A DNA stretch of 64,000 nt from Bdellovibrionota bacterium (GTDB taxonomy: Bacteria > Bdellovibrionota_G > JALEGL01 > DATDPG01), in assembly GCA_963668355.1 (NCBI GenBank), contig OY764265.1:448001-512000 (forward strand), given 5' to 3'. Positions 9,025 through 17,426 of this stretch are shown one piece after another. Under the pieces are notes generated by a model. It did no database searches, had not been told where the DNA came from, and was given only the letters and a program-made list of their open reading frames with translations. Within the stretch, counting starts at the first letter, position 1; each line of letters starts with the position of its first letter. The position numbers were made by a program, and so were the translations under genes.

Positions 9025-9806
9025 AATGGGTTCTCCTGTCCAACATTGGGAACGGTGATAATGTATTTTTTATCCAATCGCCCTCCCTTTACAACTACCC
9101 TTTTGCCTGTTCCTAAATCTATTTTCTCCGTGTTCAAGCGAGTAGTCCAAGGAAGGTTGAGAGACTCTGCAACATACAAAAACACGCGCTTCACTTTGAT
9201 AGACCTACATGTTTCAAGAAGGTTCTGTACGAGGCGACTTCGTAACGTCTTCATTCCTTCCATATAGTTTTCAAGAGTTTCAAATGACTCTTGCAAATCT
9301 AGCTGATTCACAAGCTCCAAAACGGCCCGTTCGCGACAAGAGATCATAAGAGGATATTTGGCTTCCTTGTAAGCAAAGACACCTTCTTCACTATCAAACA
9401 AATTAGCCTGCCTCAGATTGAATTTAGCACCCCAATCATTGCCTCTTATCCACGAGGGAAGATTCAGCATCTTCTGACACATTAGGGACACGGTTGGATG
9501 ACGTCCAAGAGGTAAATTGCTTCTGGTGCCCTGAAGGTGCAGAGCCGAAGCCCCCGCTACGTGAGCAGGAAAATCTTGTTCAAACTGAGCTGCACTTAGG
9601 GCCGCCATCCAATCCATTTGATCTCCAGATCGTAGATAGGCCCCTCCTCCTAGTGCTTTTAGCAATCCAGATTTTTGGTATTGAGAAACATTCCTTCGAT
9701 TCAAACCGAATTGGGCAAACCAGGGCAGAGTGTGAACTTCACCATCTCTCCAATTCACCAAAACTTGGTTTAATTTATTCTTCCTTTGTCCATTAGAAGT
9801 AGACAT
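9021..9806 (-). CDS. AbiEi-family antitoxin / autoregulator (type IV TA)
   Basis: N-terminal wHTH, SAL-L-G, ERAVLEL, C.SIKVKRVFLY, IDLG.GKR motifs; 4-bp overlap with the toxin. Confidence 0.9.
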   Translation of the reverse strand: MSTSNGQRKNKLNQVLVNWRDGEVHTLPWFAQFGLNRRNVSQYQKSGLLKALGGGAYLRSGDQMDWMAALSAAQFEQDFPAHVAGASALHLQGTRSNLPLGRHPTVSLMCQKMLNLPSWIRGNDWGAKFNLRQANLFDSEEGVFAYKEAKYPLMISCRERAVLELVNQLDLQESFETLENYMEGMKTLRSRLVQNLLETCRSIKVKRVFLYVAESLNLPWTTRLNTEKIDLGTGKRVVVKGGRLDKKYIITVPNVGQENPF

Positions 9807-9858
9807 TTGATAGATATGTTAAACCAAATGGTTTACTTTTTCTACTATATGTCTACTT
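9797..9858. promoter_or_regulatory. Inverted-repeat operator overlapping the AbiEi start codon
   Basis: 30-bp arms (23/30 match) around a 2-nt centre: AAGTAGACAT...TAAACCA-AA-TGGTTTA...ATGTCTACTT. A third similar half-site lies at 9861-9890. Confidence 0.7.
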
Positions 9859-9973
9859 ACAGAAGACATTTAATATAAATTGTAAACCGATTTTACTTCA
9901 GTCAGAGATTAATATTAATATTTTCAACTATTTAGAAAGTCACATGATTCTAAGAAGCTTTCCTGTTGAAACA

Positions 9974-10017
9974 TTCGTCCAAAGGAGATACGCGTACGCG
10001 TATCTCCTTTGAACGAA
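9974..10017. repeat. Long palindrome with 32-bp perfect core
   Basis: CAAAGGAGATACGCGT|ACGCGTATCTCCTTTG (9980-10011), extending to 44 bp with one mismatched pair; no spacer. Confidence 0.9.
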
Positions 10018-10054
10018 ATCAGGCTCTTCGTGTGTCTTCCCCAGAATTTCACTT

Positions 10055-10243
10055 TCAGATTTGCAGCGATCTATTCCCGAACCGCCCATACTCCTCTTTA
10101 AACGCCGTGGGGGAAAGGTGGGCGTAGCGCATGGTCATTTGGATGGATTGGTGGCCTAGGATGTTTTGGAGTTTGAAGATGTCTCCTCCGTGCATCATCC
10201 ATTGGCTGGCGAAGGTGTGGCGTAGATCGTGGAAGACCAGATA
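10055..10243 (-). pseudogene. Tyrosine integrase C-terminal remnant
   Basis: YLVFHDLRHTFASQW...LGHQSIQMTMRYAHL closely matches the C-terminus of the intact integrase at 18744-19838; the N-terminal ~300 aa are missing. Confidence 0.9.
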
Positions 10244-10269
10244 TCCCCTACTCCCCTCTCCCGACTCAG

Positions 10270-10412
10270 GGGACACTCACTTTATTTCGCGTTGAGTTAC
10301 AATCAGCGCCTGAATTCAACGACAAAAAACAAACCCTCTTTCCAAACACAAGCCCAACCCCAATAAACGAAAGAAACAAAAATTACACATCGCAAAATAA
10401 AGTGACTGTCCC
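10270..10412. repeat. 143-bp element bounded by 22-bp inverted repeats (MITE/REP-doublet-like)
   Basis: GGGACACTCACTTTATTTCGCG (10270-10291) versus reverse complement of 10391-10412 GGGACAGTCACTTTATTTTGCG, 20/22 identical. Confidence 0.7.
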
Positions 10413-10464
10413 GCGATTTCTAACTGTAAGTTGTTAATTTTATTAAATTGTGATTGGAAAATAG

Positions 10465-10482
10465 GACCTTCGGGTTATGAGC
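10465..10482. repeat. Distal att core (displaced tRNA fragment)
   Basis: GACCTTCGGGTTATGAGC identical to tRNA-fMet 20018-20035 (anticodon loop and 3' stem). Confidence 0.9.
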
Positions 10483-10586
10483 GCGCGCAGCGTTTCTTTC
10501 CTGCCTCGCTCTCCTTTCATTTCAAACACTTACTTGTCCGGAGTATCTTGTCAACATTACCAATTTCGCACATTCGCCGCACTGTA

Positions 10587-10607
10587 TGGCCCAAGATTGG
10601 CCCAAGA
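10587..10607. promoter_or_regulatory. Integrase arm-type binding sites (distal end)
   Basis: TGGCCCAAGA-T-TGGCCCAAGA with 11-bp period; same motif at 19914-19932. Confidence 0.75.
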
Positions 10608-10648
10608 AATCGTTCACAAAAAAACACCTTTGCGCAGAGAGGCACACT

Positions 10649-11542
10649 CTACTGTTCCACTACATCTTCCCAAGCAATCACGGGGATAGTCTTTGGAAAA
10701 GTCTGGTTTTTACTATGAAACTTCTTCAAAAAATCCGACTCTCTTGGCAACAAAATCATAGCAACATCAGACCAAGTAAACTTAAAGGGAGAAATGGATC
10801 GCCACTCTCTTTCACAATAAATCGTTCCAAACTCGGAAAGGTCAAAGGTTTTTACAAAAGACGCTATTAATTTAGTTCCTTCTAAAGCAGTTTCGGACAG
10901 AGTCAGCATTTCATCAACCGCACTCTCAACGTCAGCCGTTTCGAAGTGCGCATCATCTTCTAAATTAATTTCATTGTCACATTCTGGGCAAGTAAGCTCT
11001 AAACAAGCGTTATCCCCCATTGCCTCTGCAGCATCCAAAAGGTCACCAGAATCGACACTATTCAACGTTGCTATAGCGCCGTAAAGAGAGCCCACCAAAT
11101 CCTCTGTTGAAAGCGTATAAAGAACGGGGTTGAATTTGGCTCTCACTATCGCCTCTCTGTGAAATCCTATAGCCATTTTTCCGTAGCGGGTTGAATGGTA
11201 TCCAAGGTGTTGAATGGGAATATCTGCCACGCAACACACCTTTTCTGTCGGTATGCTCAGGCGATGTTTCTTTTTCTTAACAAAAGCCTTCTTTTTTTCA
11301 TCGAATATTGTCGCTTCCGGCAACACGACATTGATACACTCGTGATACCCTCCAACCCTAAGCGTTCGATCTTTCAAAATCGAACAAAGTGCCTCAAATG
11401 CTAGTTTTTCTTCTTTCGGCCGGTTCTCTTGCCGCTGCAATTTGTCGTTCCATTTTGGCCCCCCAGTGAAATGCCATAGAACCCTGGACACTGTGCCGGG
11501 GTTCGAACCTTGAAACGATTTAAGCCCTCTTTTAATCCCCAT
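10649..11542 (-). CDS. AbiGi-family (abortive infection) protein with acidic Cys-containing insertion
   Basis: LWHFT, SILK, VCC.ADIP...H..RYG..AIGF.RE...NPVLY and YCEREWR motifs as in the AbiGi family; central C-x4-CPEC in an acidic region. Confidence 0.65.
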   Translation of the reverse strand: MGIKRGLKSFQGSNPGTVSRVLWHFTGGPKWNDKLQRQENRPKEEKLAFEALCSILKDRTLRVGGYHECINVVLPEATIFDEKKKAFVKKKKHRLSIPTEKVCCVADIPIQHLGYHSTRYGKMAIGFHREAIVRAKFNPVLYTLSTEDLVGSLYGAIATLNSVDSGDLLDAAEAMGDNACLELTCPECDNEINLEDDAHFETADVESAVDEMLTLSETALEGTKLIASFVKTFDLSEFGTIYCEREWRSISPFKFTWSDVAMILLPRESDFLKKFHSKNQTFPKTIPVIAWEDVVEQ

Positions 11543-11713
11543 ATATCTCCCCGATTCGCTGCAAATCGACCACCTTAATCATGGAGTTAGAACCCACTGA
11601 AAAAATTGGCATTCCTTACTCCGCTTGCCATCTTCGCACATTTTCGACACTGTATGAAAAAAAGACACACTGTCGACTACGTAGGGCCATTCACAAACAA
11701 AAAGACTATCAAA

Positions 11714-12481
11714 ATGCCGAAACGTCCTAGAAAAACTAACACCGAATCCAACATAACGATTCCAAAAGGAAAAAATCCGCGCAAAACGGTCGATGTGGAG
11801 TCGCTCTGGCAGCAAGTCTGGAGCATAATGTCATTAATAAGCCTTATCGAAAAGCAGCCGCAAACAATCAAAAAACATTCGCGCAAGAAGCAAAACGGTC
11901 AAACCGATAAGATCAACCATTCCGACTCGCTTTTGGCCATCCTTAGAAGATTTCAGAATCTGGATACAGCATCTATTTCGAAAAAACGAACAAGATTGTC
12001 TTCGCTCCAAAAACTCACGAAATCATTTTTGCCCGGGTTGATTGACAGTTACAGACGTTACGTTTGGAATCCAAAAATCTCGCGGAACGAATATAAAGAA
12101 TTGATCAGAAATTCCATACCAGGCTTTCATCTCGATCGAGAAATTGACGTTTTAATCCTAAGTAAAAGCAAAATCACGGCCATGGGCGGCCCCGACTCCG
12201 CTGCGAAGAAGGTTCTTGGAAAATTGCTCGGCACAGGGGGTTTGAGCAAACGAGGCTTTGACGACATACTTGAATCTGCTGATGCCAAATTGAGCCTCTC
12301 TCGGCCAAACAATGATCTAACTTGCCTATATCATTTGTTAATTAGGAACAGAGGCTTCGCGCAAAAGGACATTCAAAAGGCGCTCGATCAGCTCCAAAAT
12401 TCATATCCATATGGGGAACGAGCTGCTCGCATCAAAAAACACAAGTTCCAACGGCGTCCAAAAGGGAAAAAGAAGCCATAA
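11714..12481 (+). CDS. Hypothetical basic (Lys/Arg-rich) protein
   Basis: Long ORF filling the gap between the AbiGi-like gene and cos. Start uncertain (11606, 11654 or 11714). No recognisable family. Confidence 0.6.
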   Translation: MPKRPRKTNTESNITIPKGKNPRKTVDVESLWQQVWSIMSLISLIEKQPQTIKKHSRKKQNGQTDKINHSDSLLAILRRFQNLDTASISKKRTRLSSLQKLTKSFLPGLIDSYRRYVWNPKISRNEYKELIRNSIPGFHLDREIDVLILSKSKITAMGGPDSAAKKVLGKLLGTGGLSKRGFDDILESADAKLSLSRPNNDLTCLYHLLIRNRGFAQKDIQKALDQLQNSYPYGERAARIKKHKFQRRPKGKKKP

Positions 12482-12512
12482 AATCCTTTTTTTTCTGAGG
12501 GTTCAGGATGCC

Positions 12513-12572
12513 CGTAACTAGCGAGGGGCCGCGAGTTTCCCACCCGCTTTTCTTTCTGCCCTGGAAGAACCT
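12513..12572 (-). other. Lambda-like cos (cosQ-cosN) packaging site
   Basis: Minus strand AGGTTCTTCC-N15-GCGGGTGGGAAACTCGCGGCCCCTCGCTAGTTACG, colinear with lambda GGGTCCTTTCC...ACGGGGCGGCGACCTCGCGGGTTTTCGCTATTTATG (lambda sequence from memory). Confidence 0.6.
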
Positions 12573-12576
12573 AAAA

Positions 12577-12669
12577 AATGACATTAGTGACGTCGTTTTT
12601 GTTTTCTTCATAAAGAAACGCATGGGCTATAGAGAAAAATAACTCTCAGAATCCGTCATTGCCGTCATT
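12577..12669. other. Putative replication origin (inverted iteron pairs around an AT-rich core)
   Basis: AATGACA/AGTGACG (12577-12592, 9-bp period) face CCGTCATT x2 (12653-12669, 9-bp period) across about 60 AT-rich bp at the primase 3' end. Confidence 0.55.
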
Positions 12670-14769
12670 TTTTAATCCAATCCCCTGCCACAGTCTTTCG
12701 CGACTCGTCCTCTTTTCCTCAAAACCCCTAGATTTTAAGTAATTTGAGAAATCCTTTTGTGAGTGCACCTTTTCCCCATTGTCCTCGGCCCAAATTCTAT
12801 ATCTTCGGTAAATCTCTGTCTTTTTTATCGTTTTTTCCGATCCCACAATGCAAGATTCTTCAATGAACTCTGCGAACCTATCTTGCTCTTGGCGATATTG
12901 TTCCTTCGCCGCCAACACTTTTACGGGAGGATTTAGGGTTGTTTTCTTCCAGGCACGATATCCTTCTATAGCCCAATTCAATATCCCTGAAAGCTCCGCC
13001 TCCAATTTTGACCCAAGATCGAAGTCGATCTCGGATTCCGGAATCGTGACTTCAAATGGAACTAAATGGATTCTCCGCCATATTCCATGATCACCCGAAA
13101 GAATCTTGGGTTTTTGATTCACACTCATCCATAACTTCAATTTTGGTTCAAATTCGGAATGTTCTGCATATAAGAATCTGGCAGCGACCTTTTCTCCCCC
13201 AGTAATTACTTTCACAAGGTTTTCGTCCAGTCGCTTTGAGGCAGATGTCTCGGAAGAAACCACAAAACGAACCCCCCTGAGCCTTGCCAAATCGTTTCGA
13301 ATTGTTTGGTATTTCTGTTCTAGAAACGTATTGATATCGGCCGACCTGCCGTAACTACCCAACATTTTTTGTATGGTTTGAAGAAAAGTGGTCTTTCCAT
13401 TTGCTCCATTACCATGAAGGACAAAAATACATTGTTCACCTGTTTCTCCAGAAATCGAATAACCCACCGCCCGCTGGAGATACAAAATCATCTCCTCGTC
13501 TTCGTTCATTATTGTTCGCAAGAATTTGATCCATTGTGGACAAGACGCGGTCGGGTCGAATATCACTGGACTCAACATAGTTGAATATTGGTCGGGTGAA
13601 TGTGGCTTCAATACTTCCTCATCCAGAGAAAAATATCCGTTTTCCACATTCAAGCATCGAGGATTCGCATCAAAAACACTCGCATCAACCTCGAGTAAGG
13701 GCTGGGCTAGTTTCAATACGGATGCCATTGTCCTATAAGTTTCAAGACTTCTCGCGTTCTTAATGAATGCCTTTTCTACCGAGGCATCAGTGTTTTGCTT
13801 CGCTAAATTCTTTAATAGCCGAGCAAGGCTTATTACATGTTCGAATACTAAGCCCGAGTCATCTTGCCGCCATACATTCTTTCCCGAAACCATCCATTTC
13901 TTCCTATCCGCTCTATAACGAACTAAATTACCTACTGAATGAGCCAAACGCTCTGCATTCCCGGCCTCTGTTAAGGGTGGCTCTACCAGTTTTGAGGCTT
14001 CTGGATACTTTGCGCACGATTTCACAATACTTTTAACCTCTCTTTCGTCCAAAGGAGGGGAACACTTTTCCTCGTTCTCTCTTAACAACGCCTGCTCAAT
14101 AGCATTCAGCCCCATACCTTTTCTCCTCATTGCTCCGGCTAGACTTGTCAAATGGGAATTCCGAGAACCCTCAGGAATTTTTCCGTCAGATTCTCCTTTT
14201 GGTTCGATTTTCGCCTTGGACATCATCAGTTCGTGAAGCCATACCGGAATCGGCGATATCGCATCCTTAGTAGGTTCCTCCATCCACCTGTATAAAGTGC
14301 CGTTGGGGTGACTACTTGGCGGCAAGACCACCTGCCCTCTTTCTCCCTTAGCATCCAATCCCGGAAAAAACCCACAACGCGAAGAAAGAGGAACATCAGG
14401 AGCTTGGAAAAAAACATGTTTTCCACCTCCGCCCGTGATTGACGTGAGAGTTTTGGGGAGCTTTTCATACTCCTTTTCGAGTTGAGTCAACGATTCATTA
14501 CCGCCATTTCGCGGATCGACATCGAGAACAACTACGTTTGATATTTTTCCTGTTACCAACCCAACCCCCAGATCGGGATTTGTTTTCAGCATGTATTTCA
14601 AATGGTCGATGTCGTTTTCGGTTCTGTTTTGCCATCCTTTTTCGATTGGCACCTTTTTGTTTAATAGGACGAGAACCCAGCCGAAGCTGATATATTTATC
14701 CACATACGCAAGGGAACTCGGTTTAGAAGGATTCGCCATCATAACAATCTTCCCATTTGGCCGGGACAC
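12646..14769 (-). CDS. P4-family primase-helicase: Prim-Pol + PriCT + D5_N + SF3 helicase
   Basis: VVLDVDPRNGG, TGGGGKH, VLPPSSH (Prim-Pol); EGSRNSHL..LAG (PriCT); GNGANGKTT Walker A; WRRIHLVPF. True start may be 14742 or 14739. Confidence 0.93.
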   Translation of the reverse strand: MSRPNGKIVMMANPSKPSSLAYVDKYISFGWVLVLLNKKVPIEKGWQNRTENDIDHLKYMLKTNPDLGVGLVTGKISNVVVLDVDPRNGGNESLTQLEKEYEKLPKTLTSITGGGGKHVFFQAPDVPLSSRCGFFPGLDAKGERGQVVLPPSSHPNGTLYRWMEEPTKDAISPIPVWLHELMMSKAKIEPKGESDGKIPEGSRNSHLTSLAGAMRRKGMGLNAIEQALLRENEEKCSPPLDEREVKSIVKSCAKYPEASKLVEPPLTEAGNAERLAHSVGNLVRYRADRKKWMVSGKNVWRQDDSGLVFEHVISLARLLKNLAKQNTDASVEKAFIKNARSLETYRTMASVLKLAQPLLEVDASVFDANPRCLNVENGYFSLDEEVLKPHSPDQYSTMLSPVIFDPTASCPQWIKFLRTIMNEDEEMILYLQRAVGYSISGETGEQCIFVLHGNGANGKTTFLQTIQKMLGSYGRSADINTFLEQKYQTIRNDLARLRGVRFVVSSETSASKRLDENLVKVITGGEKVAARFLYAEHSEFEPKLKLWMSVNQKPKILSGDHGIWRRIHLVPFEVTIPESEIDFDLGSKLEAELSGILNWAIEGYRAWKKTTLNPPVKVLAAKEQYRQEQDRFAEFIEESCIVGSEKTIKKTEIYRRYRIWAEDNGEKVHSQKDFSNYLKSRGFEEKRTSRERLWQGIGLKNDGNDGF

Positions 14770-14956
14770 GGCTCAAAGCCATAAAGCTTTCAAGTTCATT
14801 TCTATCGAATCTCACACACCTCGAACTTAAACGAAAATGGGGAATGATTTTTCGATGAACAAGGCTATAGAGATGCCCCACACTACAACCAATAATGTCC
14901 GCCGCCTCCGAGTACCCAACGTACTTCTCGCTGCTAAATTTCTTCTTTTCATTCAT
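14723..14956 (-). CDS. Excisionase / AlpA-like HTH DNA-binding protein
   Basis: Start re-assigned to ATG 14956 (GAGGT RBS); YSEAADIIGCSVGHLYSLV...IPHFRL...VRFDRNEL is an HTH_17-type fold. Confidence 0.85.
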   Translation of the reverse strand: MNEKKKFSSEKYVGYSEAADIIGCSVGHLYSLVHRKIIPHFRLSSRCVRFDRNELESFMALSRVPAKWEDCYDGESF

Positions 14957-15018
14957 ATTGACCTCGCTTTCTGTTTCTTCGTCGGGTTCATAAAAAACAA
15001 AAAGAGAGAAAGGCTCCA

Positions 15019-15046
15019 CTGCAGGTTTTTTTAAATTTTCTGCACC
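15019..15046. promoter_or_regulatory. 28-bp operator-like site upstream of the excisionase
   Basis: CTGCAGGTTTTTTTAAATTTTCTGCACC, 27/28 identical to 19874-19901; TGCAG..CTGCA dyad. Confidence 0.7.
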
Positions 15047-15164
15047 GTTCTTGGGGGAATCCCACAGCCAAGCTGCGAGCATAAACCTCTATTTTAAATG
15101 GATATTTTTGGCCTTTTCAAAAAGGCACAGGAAGTTGCTGAAAACTTCCAACAGATTTTTTCAA

Positions 15165-17426
15165 CTAAACACGAAGACGCTCTTGCACCGGAATAAGAGC
15201 TTCGTAGCGATTCGGCACCTCAACCTGGATAGCATTAAACACATCGATCGAAGCATCTTTTCGAGGATCTGAAACCGTAAGAACCACGGCAAAAGGCGTT
15301 TCGGGATCTGAAAGAGTCCAACGTGATTCTTGCTCTACAAGAAGCTCCCATTCGCCGTTTGCCACATTCCGACTAAACACTTTATTAAATCTGATTACAG
15401 TCGAATACCGGTCTTTCAAGAATTCAGAACCCCCACCTGCCGCAACTGCCCTCAGTTCTTCTTCCGTCGCTCGCTTTGACAATTTTGTCCGAAGATGTGA
15501 CTTGCAATAGCCAGTTTTTAACGCCCTATTTGTTTCTGGAGAAAACGCGACAGTATAACGAATACCAAGCTTGTCATTACCTCTCCTGCTAGTTAAACAT
15601 GAGGGGACATTAAATGGTAAACGTACAATTTTTCGATATCCAATCGTTCCTTGATACACGTAGTTTTGGTTCCACCTGTCTGAAGCTAGCAAGAATTCCG
15701 GATCTGGAATGCCATTCCCGACTAAGCGAAGCATCATCTTTGTTCCAATTCCTTTTATCCCCGGAATATCGCATGTGTGTATCAGAAGAGCCCTTACAAG
15801 CTCAGGAGTGCAATTCGGAATTTTTTCAAAAATCCGTGCACCTAACGCTGAAACGATTGGTGCTGAATAGCTCGTGCCGTTTCCGTATGAAATTCTATCC
15901 CCTTCTTTTCCAATTCCCGCAACTGAAAGATCGTCGAAATCGCGCCAATTTGAAGCTAAGTTTCCTCCTTGAGCTACCAAGTCGGGTTTTCTGTAACTGT
16001 TAAACCCTGGCCCCCTTCTAGTGAAGGGAGAAGGGCAATCAACTTTCGCCATGCTTCCGTCATTTTCACGATCGGCAACTGAACCAACGGTCAAAGCAAG
16101 CATGGCCTCTCCTGGGTTGCACATTCTATTGCCTTCATTTTTGAAATATTTTGGATAAGGTTCAGTTGGCTTCGGTGCAGTCCCAGAGATCGGAAAATTC
16201 CCCGTTGTTAAAACAAATAAGACTTTAAACCGTTTGCTCAACTTGTCGATTTCAGCAGCAATAGCCCCCACATGGTCATCTGTCACAACAGATGCAACAT
16301 CTTTCCTTCGAACCAAATTCATAGAAAGATTGTAGACTCTGATTTCTCTGTGCCATCTTGTCACAGTATCTCTGAGTATCTTTAGGAACTCATCACCTCT
16401 AGCAGGTTTTGGATTTCCTATTTCATCGAAACTCTTCATACACACACTCAACACCTTCACCTGGGGAGTAAGGACGCCTTTCGCAATTTCATCTCTTAAC
16501 GAGTTTCCAAAAATGATGCGACTCGCAACAAAACTTCCATGATCAACGTCGTGTGGCGGCCCTATGGGCTCCTCTCTATCGAGTATGCTGCTATCAAGAA
16601 ACCTTGAGCCAGCTACGACTCCCGAATCGAAAATACAAACTTTTGCGTCGGAAGAGTTCGGCAAAACACTCACGCCATCTTCAATTCGCGCTCCTGGCCT
16701 AGAAGACTCTACAAACACTTCGTCTACAGGATCTACTGTTTGAATGCACAAGAACGAGTCTACAAGACCATCTATATCCTCTGCCTTTGCTTTAATCCGA
16801 AGTACCCTACCAAAGTCGGTTTCAACATCGCTCAAGACTGAACCATCTCTACTACTTAAATACTCATCGATCGCACGTTTTAGTACCTGCTGTTCTTCGT
16901 TCGTAAGATCAGAAAACAAAGAAACAAGAGCTTCGCCATCGAATTGCCTGTTTTTAATCAATGAAGCGAGCCCTTTGCTAATCTTTTCTTCCCTAGGTAT
17001 GTCGGATATTTTGTTTATAGGAGCAAACTTTGATTTACCAACATGAGTGTCAGTATTTTTATAGGTTTCAAGTTGATCTACAAGCGTGTTGAAGGAACGA
17101 TCAAGAGTACTAAAATGGCCTATTTGCTTTGATTCCGTCCCAACTAAACTTCCTTGGATATTTTGGCTAAGCTTCTGCCCATCAGACGTCCACATGTTCT
17201 TTTCTTTTGGAAATTGTACCCTGAAGTACCTCCGTTGGGTGAGCTCTTTGTCCTTTTGTTTTGCAAAAATCGCTTTTAAGACTTGCGCTTCTTTAAAAAG
17301 TTTTTTTGAATGTCGAGCATAATCATTTCGCGGATACGTCCCCCCACCTCCGCCGCTCTCGTAAGTTCTATCCTCAATAGATTTGTGCTCACTTATCTTC
17401 AGGTGAGGTCGTAGATTCTCGTTCAT
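15165..17426 (-). CDS. ietS: S8 (subtilisin-like) serine protease, IetS-type
   Basis: Catalytic triad motifs IFDSG, DHGSFVAS, GTSYSAP; KPDLVAQGGN; no signal peptide; coupled to the upstream AAA ATPase. Confidence 0.85.
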   Translation of the reverse strand: MNENLRPHLKISEHKSIEDRTYESGGGGGTYPRNDYARHSKKLFKEAQVLKAIFAKQKDKELTQRRYFRVQFPKEKNMWTSDGQKLSQNIQGSLVGTESKQIGHFSTLDRSFNTLVDQLETYKNTDTHVGKSKFAPINKISDIPREEKISKGLASLIKNRQFDGEALVSLFSDLTNEEQQVLKRAIDEYLSSRDGSVLSDVETDFGRVLRIKAKAEDIDGLVDSFLCIQTVDPVDEVFVESSRPGARIEDGVSVLPNSSDAKVCIFDSGVVAGSRFLDSSILDREEPIGPPHDVDHGSFVASRIIFGNSLRDEIAKGVLTPQVKVLSVCMKSFDEIGNPKPARGDEFLKILRDTVTRWHREIRVYNLSMNLVRRKDVASVVTDDHVGAIAAEIDKLSKRFKVLFVLTTGNFPISGTAPKPTEPYPKYFKNEGNRMCNPGEAMLALTVGSVADRENDGSMAKVDCPSPFTRRGPGFNSYRKPDLVAQGGNLASNWRDFDDLSVAGIGKEGDRISYGNGTSYSAPIVSALGARIFEKIPNCTPELVRALLIHTCDIPGIKGIGTKMMLRLVGNGIPDPEFLLASDRWNQNYVYQGTIGYRKIVRLPFNVPSCLTSRRGNDKLGIRYTVAFSPETNRALKTGYCKSHLRTKLSKRATEEELRAVAAGGGSEFLKDRYSTVIRFNKVFSRNVANGEWELLVEQESRWTLSDPETPFAVVLTVSDPRKDASIDVFNAIQVEVPNRYEALIPVQERLRV

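Noticed and set aside
14957..15082. Longer N-terminus for the excisionase
   Set aside because: It would run through the 28-bp operator, and a good RBS precedes ATG 14956.
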